The position numbers were made by a program, and so were the translations under genes. Source: Puniceicoccaceae bacterium (lineage in GTDB: Bacteria > Verrucomicrobiota > Verrucomicrobiia > Opitutales > Oceanipulchritudinaceae). From it: 64,000 nt of DNA. Location of the stretch: NCBI GenBank assembly GCA_040830765.1, contig JBFOMH010000003.1, forward strand, positions 1 through 64,000. Direction: 5' to 3'. This document shows, one piece after another, positions 1 through 9,385 of this stretch. Positions within the stretch are counted from its first letter, which is position 1. Each line of letters starts with the position of its first letter. The notes under the pieces are model-generated. The model was not told the DNA's origin, ran no database searches, and was given only the letters and a program-made list of their open reading frames with translations.

Positions 1-1
1 C

Positions 2-862
2 AGACTTGTCCTCTTCCGTTCTTATATGGAAGCGGCGCCCGCCCAGATGATGGCGGCGCTGGCCCGTGAGCAGAATTCTCCCGTTGAGGCTTTTTTTGGA
101 AATGCCGGTAAAATCCTCAAAAAAACCCCCTCACCCCGCCTGCAGCTCCTCGACTGGCGGATAGCCTATGCGGATGCGGTTTTGACCCTCTCGGAAAAGG
201 AGGAGGAAGCGGCGACCTTGCTCAGGCGTCTGGCCGATGCCCAGCCTGGGCTGGATTCTGAGGCCGAAATTATCCTGCAGATACCCAGTCTGGAACTTGA
301 GGGAACCATCCCTTCCCCGGGGGAGTTGAGCCGTTCCATACTCGAGAGTGATCCGAGGCTGGCCGAGCGTTTGGCAGCGGTTAGGATAGCCAACGCCTCG
401 GTGGCTGCTGAACGGGCCCGGCGGATTCCCTTCCCCACCTTTATCCAGGGATCCTGGGTCCATGACCAGCGGCGCGATACCGATGAGTGGGAAGCCCGGA
501 TCGGGATTTCCATCCCTGTCTTCTCATGGACCCGGGATGTCGATCCGCGTGAACGGGCGGAAGTCATCCTGGCCGAGCGGGCACTGATTCTTGAGAAAGA
601 GGAACTCCAACAGATGGCGGTGCAGGTTCACCGGGAGTGGCAGGCTGCCAGCAAACGATTCAGCCAGTTGGAGTCAGCCATCCAGCCCATTATGGCGGAA
701 TTGGAAACCACGCTCGCCGACCCGCGGCTTCCTCTTGACCCCGGGGACCGCATCCAGCTCATCGAGGACCAATATCAGCTTCAGCGGGATCTGCTGGAGG
801 CCCGCCTTCAGTTTCAACTGGCTGCCTGGACCTTGCATACGCTGGTCTGGGACTGGAATTGA
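2..862 (+). CDS. TolC-family outer membrane efflux protein (5' partial)
   Basis: Frame open back to window start; helical repeats and 'ANASVAAERARRIP...ARIGISIPVF' pattern typical of OEP proteins. Confidence 0.7.
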   Translation, partial: RLVLFRSYMEAAPAQMMAALAREQNSPVEAFFGNAGKILKKTPSPRLQLLDWRIAYADAVLTLSEKEEEAATLLRRLADAQPGLDSEAEIILQIPSLELEGTIPSPGELSRSILESDPRLAERLAAVRIANASVAAERARRIPFPTFIQGSWVHDQRRDTDEWEARIGISIPVFSWTRDVDPRERAEVILAERALILEKEELQQMAVQVHREWQAASKRFSQLESAIQPIMAELETTLADPRLPLDPGDRIQLIEDQYQLQRDLLEARLQFQLAAWTLHTLVWDWN

Positions 863-958
863 GCGCCAGAGTTCACTTCATACAAGTAGAACAATTGCGT
901 CTCCATGCCCTGAGGAAATAACCTGACAAGTTACCTTCCCTCGCATCATACTGACAGA

Positions 959-1894
959 ATGCAATACCGTACATTGGGAAAAACAGGCTGGGAAGTTAGC
1001 GCCATCTCCATGGGCTGCTGGGGAATCGGGGGTCAATGGGGTCCAGTTGCAGAAAAGGATGCCATTGCCGCCATCGAGGCGGCCCGGGATGCCGGAATTA
1101 ACCTGTTCGACACGGCAGATGCCTATGGCATGGGCCGAAGTGAGGAGATTGTCGGCAAGGTTCTTAAAAACCGGCCGGACACAATCTACATTGCCAGCAA
1201 GGTCGGCAACTGGGGACGACGCTTCGGCGACACCTTTGATTTTACCAGCCACCACAGTGTCATCGAGAGCTGCCATGCCAGCCTCTACCGGTTGAAGACG
1301 GATACCATCGACCTCTACCAATGCCACCTGCAGAAGCCGGACCATCCGGAAATCTTCCTCGAGGCCTTTGAGCAATTGAAGCAGGAGGGCAAGATTCGCG
1401 CCTACGGCATTTCCACCGACTTCATTGAGGGCCTTGAGGACATGAATGCCCATGGCGACTGCGCCACCTGCCAGATCCGTTATTCCATCTTCGACCGGGC
1501 GGCTGAAAAAGCGCTTTTCCCCTACTGCCTTGAAAACAACATCGGTGTCCTCCTCCGTGGCCCCATTGCCATGGGTATCCTGACCGGAAAGTTCTCCCGC
1601 GAAACCAGTTTTGAGGACTCGGTCCGGCAGGGATGGAACAGCGGGGAAGCACATGAACAATTCCTTCGCCGGGTAGCACTGGCTGACGATTTAAAACAGC
1701 TGGTCCGACCGGACCGCTCTCTCCTCGATGTCGCGCTGCAATTCACCCTCGCCCACCCCGCCGTCACCTGTCCCATTCCCGGCATGAAAAATGCCGAACA
1801 GGCCCTCCAGAACATTGCCGCCGGCGAGGGCGAGCTTTCACCGGAAGACCTCCAGGTCATTGACGGGCTTTGCCCGCCCGGTGAAATCGCCTGA
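959..1894 (+). CDS. Aldo/keto reductase
   Basis: MQYRTLGKTGWEVSAISMGCW, FDTADAYG, SKVG, IDLYQCH, PIPG motifs. Confidence 0.95.
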   Translation: MQYRTLGKTGWEVSAISMGCWGIGGQWGPVAEKDAIAAIEAARDAGINLFDTADAYGMGRSEEIVGKVLKNRPDTIYIASKVGNWGRRFGDTFDFTSHHSVIESCHASLYRLKTDTIDLYQCHLQKPDHPEIFLEAFEQLKQEGKIRAYGISTDFIEGLEDMNAHGDCATCQIRYSIFDRAAEKALFPYCLENNIGVLLRGPIAMGILTGKFSRETSFEDSVRQGWNSGEAHEQFLRRVALADDLKQLVRPDRSLLDVALQFTLAHPAVTCPIPGMKNAEQALQNIAAGEGELSPEDLQVIDGLCPPGEIA

Positions 1895-1905
1895 CCTCCA
1901 TCAGC

Positions 1906-4515
1906 ATGAAGTCGTCCCCATTCCGCAGCCTGTGCTGGGCCCTTGTCCTTCTCCCCCTCAACGGGCTTTTCGCAGGGACCACGGTATTTCTCTCCGCTCC
2001 GATGGAAGATTCCATGGTGGCCTTTGCCGCCGCGGAGATTGAGGACGCCCTCTCCGCACGAGGAATATCCTTCAGAATCATTGCCCCGGGAGAGCTTGTG
2101 CCCGATGGGGCAACCATGGTTTTCATGGAAAGCGGTATCGATGATTCCGATACACAGTATTCGCTGAAACCAGAAGGCTTCCGCATCCGCCGTGAGGACA
2201 GTATCATCCACATCCAAGGTTCCGACATGCCCGGGACCCTGTACGGTGGACTGGAACTGGCCGAAATCATCCGCATTGGCGGCCTTGAAGCCGTTAAGGA
2301 CACGGAACAGGAGCCCTACATGGCCATGCGCGGAACGAAATTCAATATTCCCCTAGATGCCCGCAGCCCAAGCTACTCCGATGCCAGCGACGCCGGCCAG
2401 AACAACATCGGGGTAATGTGGGAATTTTCCTTCTGGAAGGACTATATCGATTCCCTCGCCCGCTCCCGTTACAACTACATTTCCTGCTGGAACCTGCATC
2501 CCTTTCCTTCACTGGTCCGGGTGCCGGAGTACCCGGATGTCGCCCTGGCGGATGTCCACCGCTCAACCGTGAACTGGAGGGAGCACTATGACCTGATCGG
2601 GACAGGACTGGATGCCCCGGAGATCCTCGACAACGTCGAGATCATCCACCACCTCTCCATCGAGGAGAAAATCGCTTTCTGGCGGAAAGTGATGGCCTAC
2701 GGCAAGTCGCGGAACGTCGACTTCTACTTCGTCACCTGGAACATCTTCACCAACGGGGTGGATGGCAAATACGGGATTACCGACTCTTTTGAAAACCCGG
2801 TAACGCGCGACTACTTCCGCCAGAGCGTAAAACAGATGTTCCTGACCTATCCCGACCTCAAGGGCATCGGTTTGACAACCGGGGAAAACATGCCCGGTGC
2901 CGGATTCGCGGAGAAGGAGGACTGGGCATTTGCCACCTACGGGCAGGGAATCCTTGATGCTGCGGCCGATCAACCGGGACGGAAGATGGTCCTTATCCAC
3001 CGCCAGCACATGACGGGGGCAAAGGATATTGCCACCCGGTTCCAACCAGTCATTGACCACCCGGATGTGGAATTTCTCTTCAGTTTCAAGTATGCCAAGG
3101 CCCATGTCTACAGCTCCACGGTCCAGACCTACCATCCCGGATTTGTCGAGGACCTTGAGGCAATGGGGGACCTCAAGACCATCTGGACCCTTCGCAACGA
3201 TGATGCTTATTACTTCCAGTGGGCTGCCCCGGACTTTGTCCGCACCTTTATCCGGAATATCCCATATACAGTTTCCGAAGGCTATTATCTCGGTTCCGAC
3301 AACTACATTTGGGGCCGGGACTTCCTCTCCCGGAAAACCGGCTCAGCTCCTTTGATTGACATTGATCGCCACAGGTACCACTGGCTCATCTGGGGCCGTC
3401 TAGGCTACAATCCGGATCTCGGGAATGAGCGCTTCATCGCCATCCTCCAGGCCCGTTACCCTGACGTCGATGCCGAGACCCTCTTCACGGCATGGCAGGA
3501 AGCTTCGATGACCTACCCCAAGACAACAGGATTCCACTGGGGAGCCCTTGATTTCCAGTGGTATATCGAGGGCAGCTTCAGCCGGCCCGATTCAGCCCGC
3601 ACCCCGACCGGTTACCATGATGTCAACCGCTTCATTTCCCTTCCGCCCCATCCGGGAACCGACAATATCGGCATCCCGGAATATGTGGCGGCGGTCCTGG
3701 CAGAAACGGATCCGGAAGGCACCACGCCGCTGGAAGTGGCCCGTCAAATCCACGCCCATGCCGATAGGGCATTGGAACGGCTGGATGACCTCTCCCGGGG
3801 AGGAAGCCCCGATCTCTGGAGGGTCCTCGATGACATCCGCTGCATGGCCTGGCTCGGGAAACACCACGCCTCCAAGATTGAGGCCGCCGTTGCCCTTGCC
3901 CTTTTCCGGAAGACACTTGCCGCGGATGACTACCGGGACGCCATTACCAGACTGCAGGCGGCCGCCGGATGGTGGCGGCACTATGCTTCCGTCGCCCTGT
4001 CCAACTATCATAATCCACTCTGGACCAACCGGGTCGGCCACGTCGACTGGAAGGAGACCTTCCGGTCCGTTCTTTATGACATCGAGGCGCTGGGTGGAGA
4101 AATTGACCTGCCCGACATGCAACCCACCCCGGGCGGCCAAATCCTCGAGGCGGAAGCGGCATCGTTCACCAAATATGCCGTATCCAGCGATCTCGCCGGT
4201 TACACCGGGAAAGGTTACGTCCGGCTGCATCATCACAACATGCCCAGCCCGCTTTTCTGGACCTTTGAGGTGTCGGAAAGCGGCTTCTATGTAGTGGAAT
4301 TCCGCTACCAGAAATCCCGGGGAGGCTCTTCGCCCCTGACTGTACTCGTTGACGGGCAGGAAGCCGCGGAGGTCCCCCTCTGGAGCCAGGGGGCCGGGGA
4401 GTGCTGGGTTTGGGACCGGTGCAGGATTTACCTTGCCAAAGGCAAGCGGACCATGGGGATTCGTTTCAGGGGTCGGATTGCCCTGGACCATGTGAATATC
4501 CTCAATATCAATTAG
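1906..4515 (+). CDS. Secreted glycoside-hydrolase-like protein with C-terminal CBM6/CBM35-like module
   Basis: Signal peptide; GH20/67/115-like N-domain (EGFRI..GSD..GTLYG); C-terminal LEAEAA..GYTGKGYV..LDHV. Confidence 0.65.
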   Translation: MKSSPFRSLCWALVLLPLNGLFAGTTVFLSAPMEDSMVAFAAAEIEDALSARGISFRIIAPGELVPDGATMVFMESGIDDSDTQYSLKPEGFRIRREDSIIHIQGSDMPGTLYGGLELAEIIRIGGLEAVKDTEQEPYMAMRGTKFNIPLDARSPSYSDASDAGQNNIGVMWEFSFWKDYIDSLARSRYNYISCWNLHPFPSLVRVPEYPDVALADVHRSTVNWREHYDLIGTGLDAPEILDNVEIIHHLSIEEKIAFWRKVMAYGKSRNVDFYFVTWNIFTNGVDGKYGITDSFENPVTRDYFRQSVKQMFLTYPDLKGIGLTTGENMPGAGFAEKEDWAFATYGQGILDAAADQPGRKMVLIHRQHMTGAKDIATRFQPVIDHPDVEFLFSFKYAKAHVYSSTVQTYHPGFVEDLEAMGDLKTIWTLRNDDAYYFQWAAPDFVRTFIRNIPYTVSEGYYLGSDNYIWGRDFLSRKTGSAPLIDIDRHRYHWLIWGRLGYNPDLGNERFIAILQARYPDVDAETLFTAWQEASMTYPKTTGFHWGALDFQWYIEGSFSRPDSARTPTGYHDVNRFISLPPHPGTDNIGIPEYVAAVLAETDPEGTTPLEVARQIHAHADRALERLDDLSRGGSPDLWRVLDDIRCMAWLGKHHASKIEAAVALALFRKTLAADDYRDAITRLQAAAGWWRHYASVALSNYHNPLWTNRVGHVDWKETFRSVLYDIEALGGEIDLPDMQPTPGGQILEAEAASFTKYAVSSDLAGYTGKGYVRLHHHNMPSPLFWTFEVSESGFYVVEFRYQKSRGGSSPLTVLVDGQEAAEVPLWSQGAGECWVWDRCRIYLAKGKRTMGIRFRGRIALDHVNILNIN

Positions 4516-4542
4516 AATCGATGTGAATCAACCGAACAACGT

Positions 4543-5427
4543 ATGAAAACTGCCATCACTTCCTCGCTTCTCATTATCTTCTCACTGGCCCTTGAGGCGA
4601 ATGTCTCAGTTATCGCACAAAAGATAGAATCCAAACCCGGGACTGATGCGGAACTGATGGCCAGTGAAATCCTCATGGCTGTTGATACCCGACGTCAGAT
4701 TCCCTTCCTATCACTGACCTTTGGCCCGTTTGACATCGACGAAGCCTATACCATTCAGTCATTCGTCGACGAGGCGTTGGCAGAAAGGCTCGGGCCTGCG
4801 GTCGGATACAAGGTGGCTTATGCCAGTCGCTCCGCGCAGGAACAGTTCGGGGTTGATGAGCCAGCACGAGGAACTTATTTCCTGGCCCATGCCACACCCA
4901 ACGGTTCCACCATCAGGCAAAGTCACTTCATGGAAATCATGGTTGAGACGGAGGTCGCTTTCACAATTGGCCAGACAGTGTGGCGACAGATGGGTTCCGT
5001 CGATGAATTGAAGAAACATGTCCGCTGGATCCACCCCGCCCTCGATTTGGGCGACTTCCGCTATTCCAGGGATGAGGGCAAGCCGACCGTCGCCGATATG
5101 ATTGCCTGCGGGACAGGTGCTCACGGATTCGTTCTCGGTCCGGGAAAGGACCCCGCTTCGATTGAGGCCGGAAACCTTGATCTGCTTCTTGTCAGGAACG
5201 GAGAAACCCTTCGTGAGTCAAAATCCAGTGCGGTCATGGATAACCCGTGGAACAGCCTCCTTTGGTGCGTCAACGACATTATCGCCCGGGGAGGAATCAT
5301 CAAACGGGGAACCGTGATCCTGACCGGAACAGCCGCTCCAGCCTATATGGCAACCGGTGAAGCCATTACCGGAACCTACACCGGTGACTGTGGTCACCTT
5401 GGAAGCGTGACCCTGAACATCGAGTGA
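4543..5427 (+). CDS. 2-keto-4-pentenoate hydratase-like (FAH superfamily) protein with N-terminal signal-like segment
   Basis: AYTIQ, GYKVA, VETEVAF, NPWNSLLW, GTVILTGT motifs. Confidence 0.8.
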   Translation: MKTAITSSLLIIFSLALEANVSVIAQKIESKPGTDAELMASEILMAVDTRRQIPFLSLTFGPFDIDEAYTIQSFVDEALAERLGPAVGYKVAYASRSAQEQFGVDEPARGTYFLAHATPNGSTIRQSHFMEIMVETEVAFTIGQTVWRQMGSVDELKKHVRWIHPALDLGDFRYSRDEGKPTVADMIACGTGAHGFVLGPGKDPASIEAGNLDLLLVRNGETLRESKSSAVMDNPWNSLLWCVNDIIARGGIIKRGTVILTGTAAPAYMATGEAITGTYTGDCGHLGSVTLNIE

Positions 5428-5445
5428 CAGGCCTTGTGCCAGCCA

Positions 5446-5829
5446 CTAGATAAACGGATTGCCCCGTTTGCAGAGTTGCAGGGAGACGCCCCAAGGGTCC
5501 TTCATCATGATCAGGTGGGAGCCATCCGCCAGTTTGTCTTCCTCGAAGAAAGTGGCCCCTGCCGCTTCCAGGCGTGACCGATCGGCTTCCGGGTCCTCGG
5601 AAACCAGTGCCAGGTGCATCAACAAGGGATGCATGGCAGGATAATCCGGGGTCGTCACCTTCGGATTGCGGTAAATTTCGATACAGACCGTCCCAGAATC
5701 ATCCGCCAGGAAGGTCATTTGGGCGCCTTTCGGATTGTGCCGGACAATCCTGAATCCGAGGTGCTTGCAATACCAGTCAGCAGCAGCCACTGGATCCGGC
5801 ATATCCCAGGCAAAGTGTTCAATCTTCAT
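5446..5829 (-). CDS. VOC/glyoxalase family protein
   Basis: IEHFA, WYCKHLGF, HLAL, KDPWG motifs; 127 aa. Confidence 0.85.
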   Translation of the reverse strand: MKIEHFAWDMPDPVAAADWYCKHLGFRIVRHNPKGAQMTFLADDSGTVCIEIYRNPKVTTPDYPAMHPLLMHLALVSEDPEADRSRLEAAGATFFEEDKLADGSHLIMMKDPWGVSLQLCKRGNPFI

Positions 5830-5915
5830 AAGGACTGGAGTCTGTAGGAGGATATCCGGTTGATAAAGAACTTTCCGGCTTCACAAGGACATCTTTTGCC
5901 CGGGCCAATGCTACA

Positions 5916-8900
5916 TCAGTGGATGGTCAGCACTCTCCCCTCCCGAAGCAGAACCGGACCGACAAGGCCAGCGGTCTCGATTGGTGCATCCGGTGGCGGC
6001 GCATGGATGGTCCAGGTCTTCCTCTCCGGTTCGGGCAGGGAGGCATCGTAGGCAAGCCGGTTGCGCCAGGTGTTGGTAACCCTGACCTCGAGGTGGTTTT
6101 CCCCGTCCACCAGACAATCCGTGATCGTGCTCCGGAACGGCGGGGCCCAGAGGGTGTCGAGCAAATGACCGTTGAGTCGAACCTCGGCAATGTTCGCCAC
6201 CCGGCCCAAGTCGAGCAGGACCGGTTTCCTGGAACTGGGCTCGTCGACGGTAAAGGATGTTCGGTAGATCACTGTCCCTGAAAATGACCGGACCGCCGGA
6301 TCCTCCAAGCTGGACCAGGGAGCCAAACGTGAGAGGGTCAATTGTGCGGGGATATCCCATCCCTCAGGGAATGCCAGGGTCCAATCCTTGTCCAGTTCGC
6401 GCATGGTGAGGCCCTCGACCAAGTGCGATTGTCGCCCACTCGATTCCGATTCGATGACATATTCGCCATTTTCCCAGACCACCAGACGGCCTTCCTCATC
6501 CGGAAACCCAACTCCCGGGGGAGCGGGTTGAATCCAGGGCTGGGTCTCATCCTCAATGTCCAACCCGTATGACGGGTATGGCCTGCTGGTATCGGCGATC
6601 GAGGTGTCTGTCGGATCGAGTGCCGCTTGGCCATCCTTCTCAATCCGCCTGGCCACGGAATCGCCCTTTCCCTGATGAAAAACAACAAATACCGAACCAG
6701 CCGCCTCAAGGCTTACCGGAATGGTGGTGAACTGCCCCGTCTGGTGGAAGACGGTTACCGGGGTTGATTCCCCGGTGAGGGGATTCCAGAACTCAGGTCT
6801 GCCGGTTGCCCGGAAGCGCACGTTAGTCCGGACTGGATCTGAGCGCCCGGCAGTGATAAAGTAGATTTCATTCTCCACTGTCCTGCGATGGAACCAGTTT
6901 TCCGGGCGGATACCGGTGACATCCGGCTCGATGCCGAGGTCACTCAGCGTCTCTTGTAGCGATAAACCCCATACCAATCGACCGAGTCCGTGCCGCCGGT
7001 CCCCCTCTTCAGGATTGTCTCCCCACAACTGATGGACAAGCTGGTCAAAGCTTGCGACCGCCTCCTTGCCACCACTGAGACTGGGATTGGAATCGGGAGG
7101 ACCCCCGATAACCGTGGCCCCTGCCTCTATCAACTCCTTCAGCCGGGCCAGGGTGGCCGGTGTCATCCGTTGGCACTGCTCATCGGCCAACCAGATGACC
7201 TTCCATTCCTGCCCCTCGGGAATTCGCAGCCGGCCGTCAACCACCTGCAAGCGGTTGAGCAGGACATCGGCATTTAGGTAGTCGAAACGGTAGCCTTCGG
7301 GAAAGGGGCTATCCTGTCGTGGCTTATGGTCCACCGCGTCGCCAAGGTACCAGAGGACATCTGCCACCGGCTGTCCCTGCTGCAGCAGGTAATGGCAACG
7401 GGCGAGGTAATCCGTAAACAGGGGCATGTAGCGCCACCAGGTCTGGCCACGGATAAAGGGGGTTCCGATGCGACTGCCAAATGAGGTTCCGGGAACCAGG
7501 TCCAGTCGGGGATTGTGGGTGTAAGTGTGGAAAATAAGGTGATTCACCCCGAGGGCGAAGTGACGGTCCGCCTGGTGCTTGAGCATCCACGGATGCTCGT
7601 CCCAGCGAATCCAGACATTTGTAAAGGCCTCCGCCGCCACCACCGGCTTTCCATAAATATGGGCCGCTGAGACAGTTGGATGGATTGGCTTGGTTTCAAA
7701 CCCACCCACGTGGGGATCGTTGGGATGCCAGAACTCGCACATCGGGATATCCGCCTTGCTGTAAAACTGCAGGATATCCCCCGGGGAGATGTCCCCCACA
7801 GCTGTCTCAAAAGAGAGCTTCAGCCCGCGCTCCCGGCCGAGCTCGGACAACCGCCCGAAGTAATTGTCCACCAGGAGGTCGCTGATGGTGGCCCTCCAGT
7901 CGCGAAGGAATCGTTCACTGGTCTTGTGGTCCCCGACGACCCAACCGGCCAGGGCCGGTAACCAACTGCGCAGGGCGTAGCCTCTGCGGTTTTCAAATTC
8001 ACGCTCCAGCGCCGGGGTCCAGGTCTGGGTGTAACATTCCCAGCTGTCGATAAGCATGCCGTCAAGACGCCCTCCAGAAAGCACCCCGTCTTCCTGGGTG
8101 AGGCGGCCAATATAGCCGGCAAAATGCTGCTCCGCCCCCGCCGGGGAAAGCTTGTCACACTCAAATCCCGTTGCCTCCGGTGGCGCCGGCTTGTTCTTGA
8201 TCCCGGTATTGACATGCCCAAACCGGACTACTGTCCAGTTGCCTTCCGGGGCGTTCCAGCGAAGACCTCCTGAGGAGTCCATTTGTCCGCTCAAATCGAT
8301 AATGGAAGCCGGCTCGATCCAGGTCCGGCAGTCCTGTGCCGGGTGCCCTGTGTAATCAAGGCTGCGCAACGCATATCCGGCCTGCCCACGCCAGTCATTA
8401 AGGCGGGCTGATGAATACAATCGCAAATACTCCAGCTGGAGGGGATGTGGACTGACAAAGGAAATGCGATAGGTGCTGGCCTTCGAATCCGGGAATGCCA
8501 GGGACAGGACCATTTCATCCTGCCGGTCCTGCCAGGTTCCCCGGGGCACATCGCGCCGGCCAACCTCAACACGACCCCTTTCGGTAACTGCCTCAAGGAT
8601 TATGGTTGTATCGGGATCAAAGATACGTCGCTTGGCGAGGTGCGACGTCGGGGGCAGCTCAAGGGACCGGATGCTGACCGGTTCAGCAAACTCAACTTCC
8701 ACCCAGACCGGTTCCCCGCCCGGGATAATTTCAACAGGCTCCCCTGTCTCTCCAGAGAGCAGGGCCTCCCATGGCTGGCCGGGAAGGTTGCTCCGTACGG
8801 CGACCGGAGGAAGCGGGTCCGCTTGGTCGTCAAGGGGTGTCGGGAAGGCGAGCACGGCTACATCCTTGAAGTCGCGCCACTCCTCTTCACTGGGTTGCGG

Positions 8901-9365
8901 CAACGGCAGGAGGCACTCCACCAATTCGCCCCCCTTGAAGTCCATACGGCTCCAGATGAGATGCCTCATGGCCTTGTCGGGGGTGATCCAGGGGCCGCCG
9001 GACATCGCCCAACCGGGACAGTTCTGCATCGTGAATTGCAGGCCAAGCCGGTCCGTCTCCCGACCGACATGGGCGATCATCCCATCCCAGGACGGACTGA
9101 GTGTCTGGATCTGAGGCGAAACGCCGGGCCATTCGTTGCCCCTGCCATGGAATAGCTGGATACCCTTGAACCCCGCCCCGGCCACTGCCTCCAAATCCAC
9201 GCTGAGCGCTTCCCGGTTAACGTTCCCCCCAATTAAGTGGAACCAGGTCTCCGGCTGGTACTGGGCATCGGGTCGAGAAAAGAAGTCTTGGACGGGCTCT
9301 GAGGACACAATTGGGGAGGTTAAGGATTGCAGGATCAGGATAATCAGGATTCGCGGATATTGCAT
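5916..9365 (-). CDS. GH106-like glycoside hydrolase (alpha-L-rhamnosidase family)
   Basis: Signal peptide; PETWFHLIGGN, GWAMSGGPW, IDSWE, AEAFT, LDLGRVANIAEVRLNG, VTNTW. Confidence 0.85.
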   Translation of the reverse strand: MQYPRILIILILQSLTSPIVSSEPVQDFFSRPDAQYQPETWFHLIGGNVNREALSVDLEAVAGAGFKGIQLFHGRGNEWPGVSPQIQTLSPSWDGMIAHVGRETDRLGLQFTMQNCPGWAMSGGPWITPDKAMRHLIWSRMDFKGGELVECLLPLPQPSEEEWRDFKDVAVLAFPTPLDDQADPLPPVAVRSNLPGQPWEALLSGETGEPVEIIPGGEPVWVEVEFAEPVSIRSLELPPTSHLAKRRIFDPDTTIILEAVTERGRVEVGRRDVPRGTWQDRQDEMVLSLAFPDSKASTYRISFVSPHPLQLEYLRLYSSARLNDWRGQAGYALRSLDYTGHPAQDCRTWIEPASIIDLSGQMDSSGGLRWNAPEGNWTVVRFGHVNTGIKNKPAPPEATGFECDKLSPAGAEQHFAGYIGRLTQEDGVLSGGRLDGMLIDSWECYTQTWTPALEREFENRRGYALRSWLPALAGWVVGDHKTSERFLRDWRATISDLLVDNYFGRLSELGRERGLKLSFETAVGDISPGDILQFYSKADIPMCEFWHPNDPHVGGFETKPIHPTVSAAHIYGKPVVAAEAFTNVWIRWDEHPWMLKHQADRHFALGVNHLIFHTYTHNPRLDLVPGTSFGSRIGTPFIRGQTWWRYMPLFTDYLARCHYLLQQGQPVADVLWYLGDAVDHKPRQDSPFPEGYRFDYLNADVLLNRLQVVDGRLRIPEGQEWKVIWLADEQCQRMTPATLARLKELIEAGATVIGGPPDSNPSLSGGKEAVASFDQLVHQLWGDNPEEGDRRHGLGRLVWGLSLQETLSDLGIEPDVTGIRPENWFHRRTVENEIYFITAGRSDPVRTNVRFRATGRPEFWNPLTGESTPVTVFHQTGQFTTIPVSLEAAGSVFVVFHQGKGDSVARRIEKDGQAALDPTDTSIADTSRPYPSYGLDIEDETQPWIQPAPPGVGFPDEEGRLVVWENGEYVIESESSGRQSHLVEGLTMRELDKDWTLAFPEGWDIPAQLTLSRLAPWSSLEDPAVRSFSGTVIYRTSFTVDEPSSRKPVLLDLGRVANIAEVRLNGHLLDTLWAPPFRSTITDCLVDGENHLEVRVTNTWRNRLAYDASLPEPERKTWTIHAPPPDAPIETAGLVGPVLLREGRVLTIH

Positions 9366-9385
9366 GGCACTTTGTAGTGGTTTTC

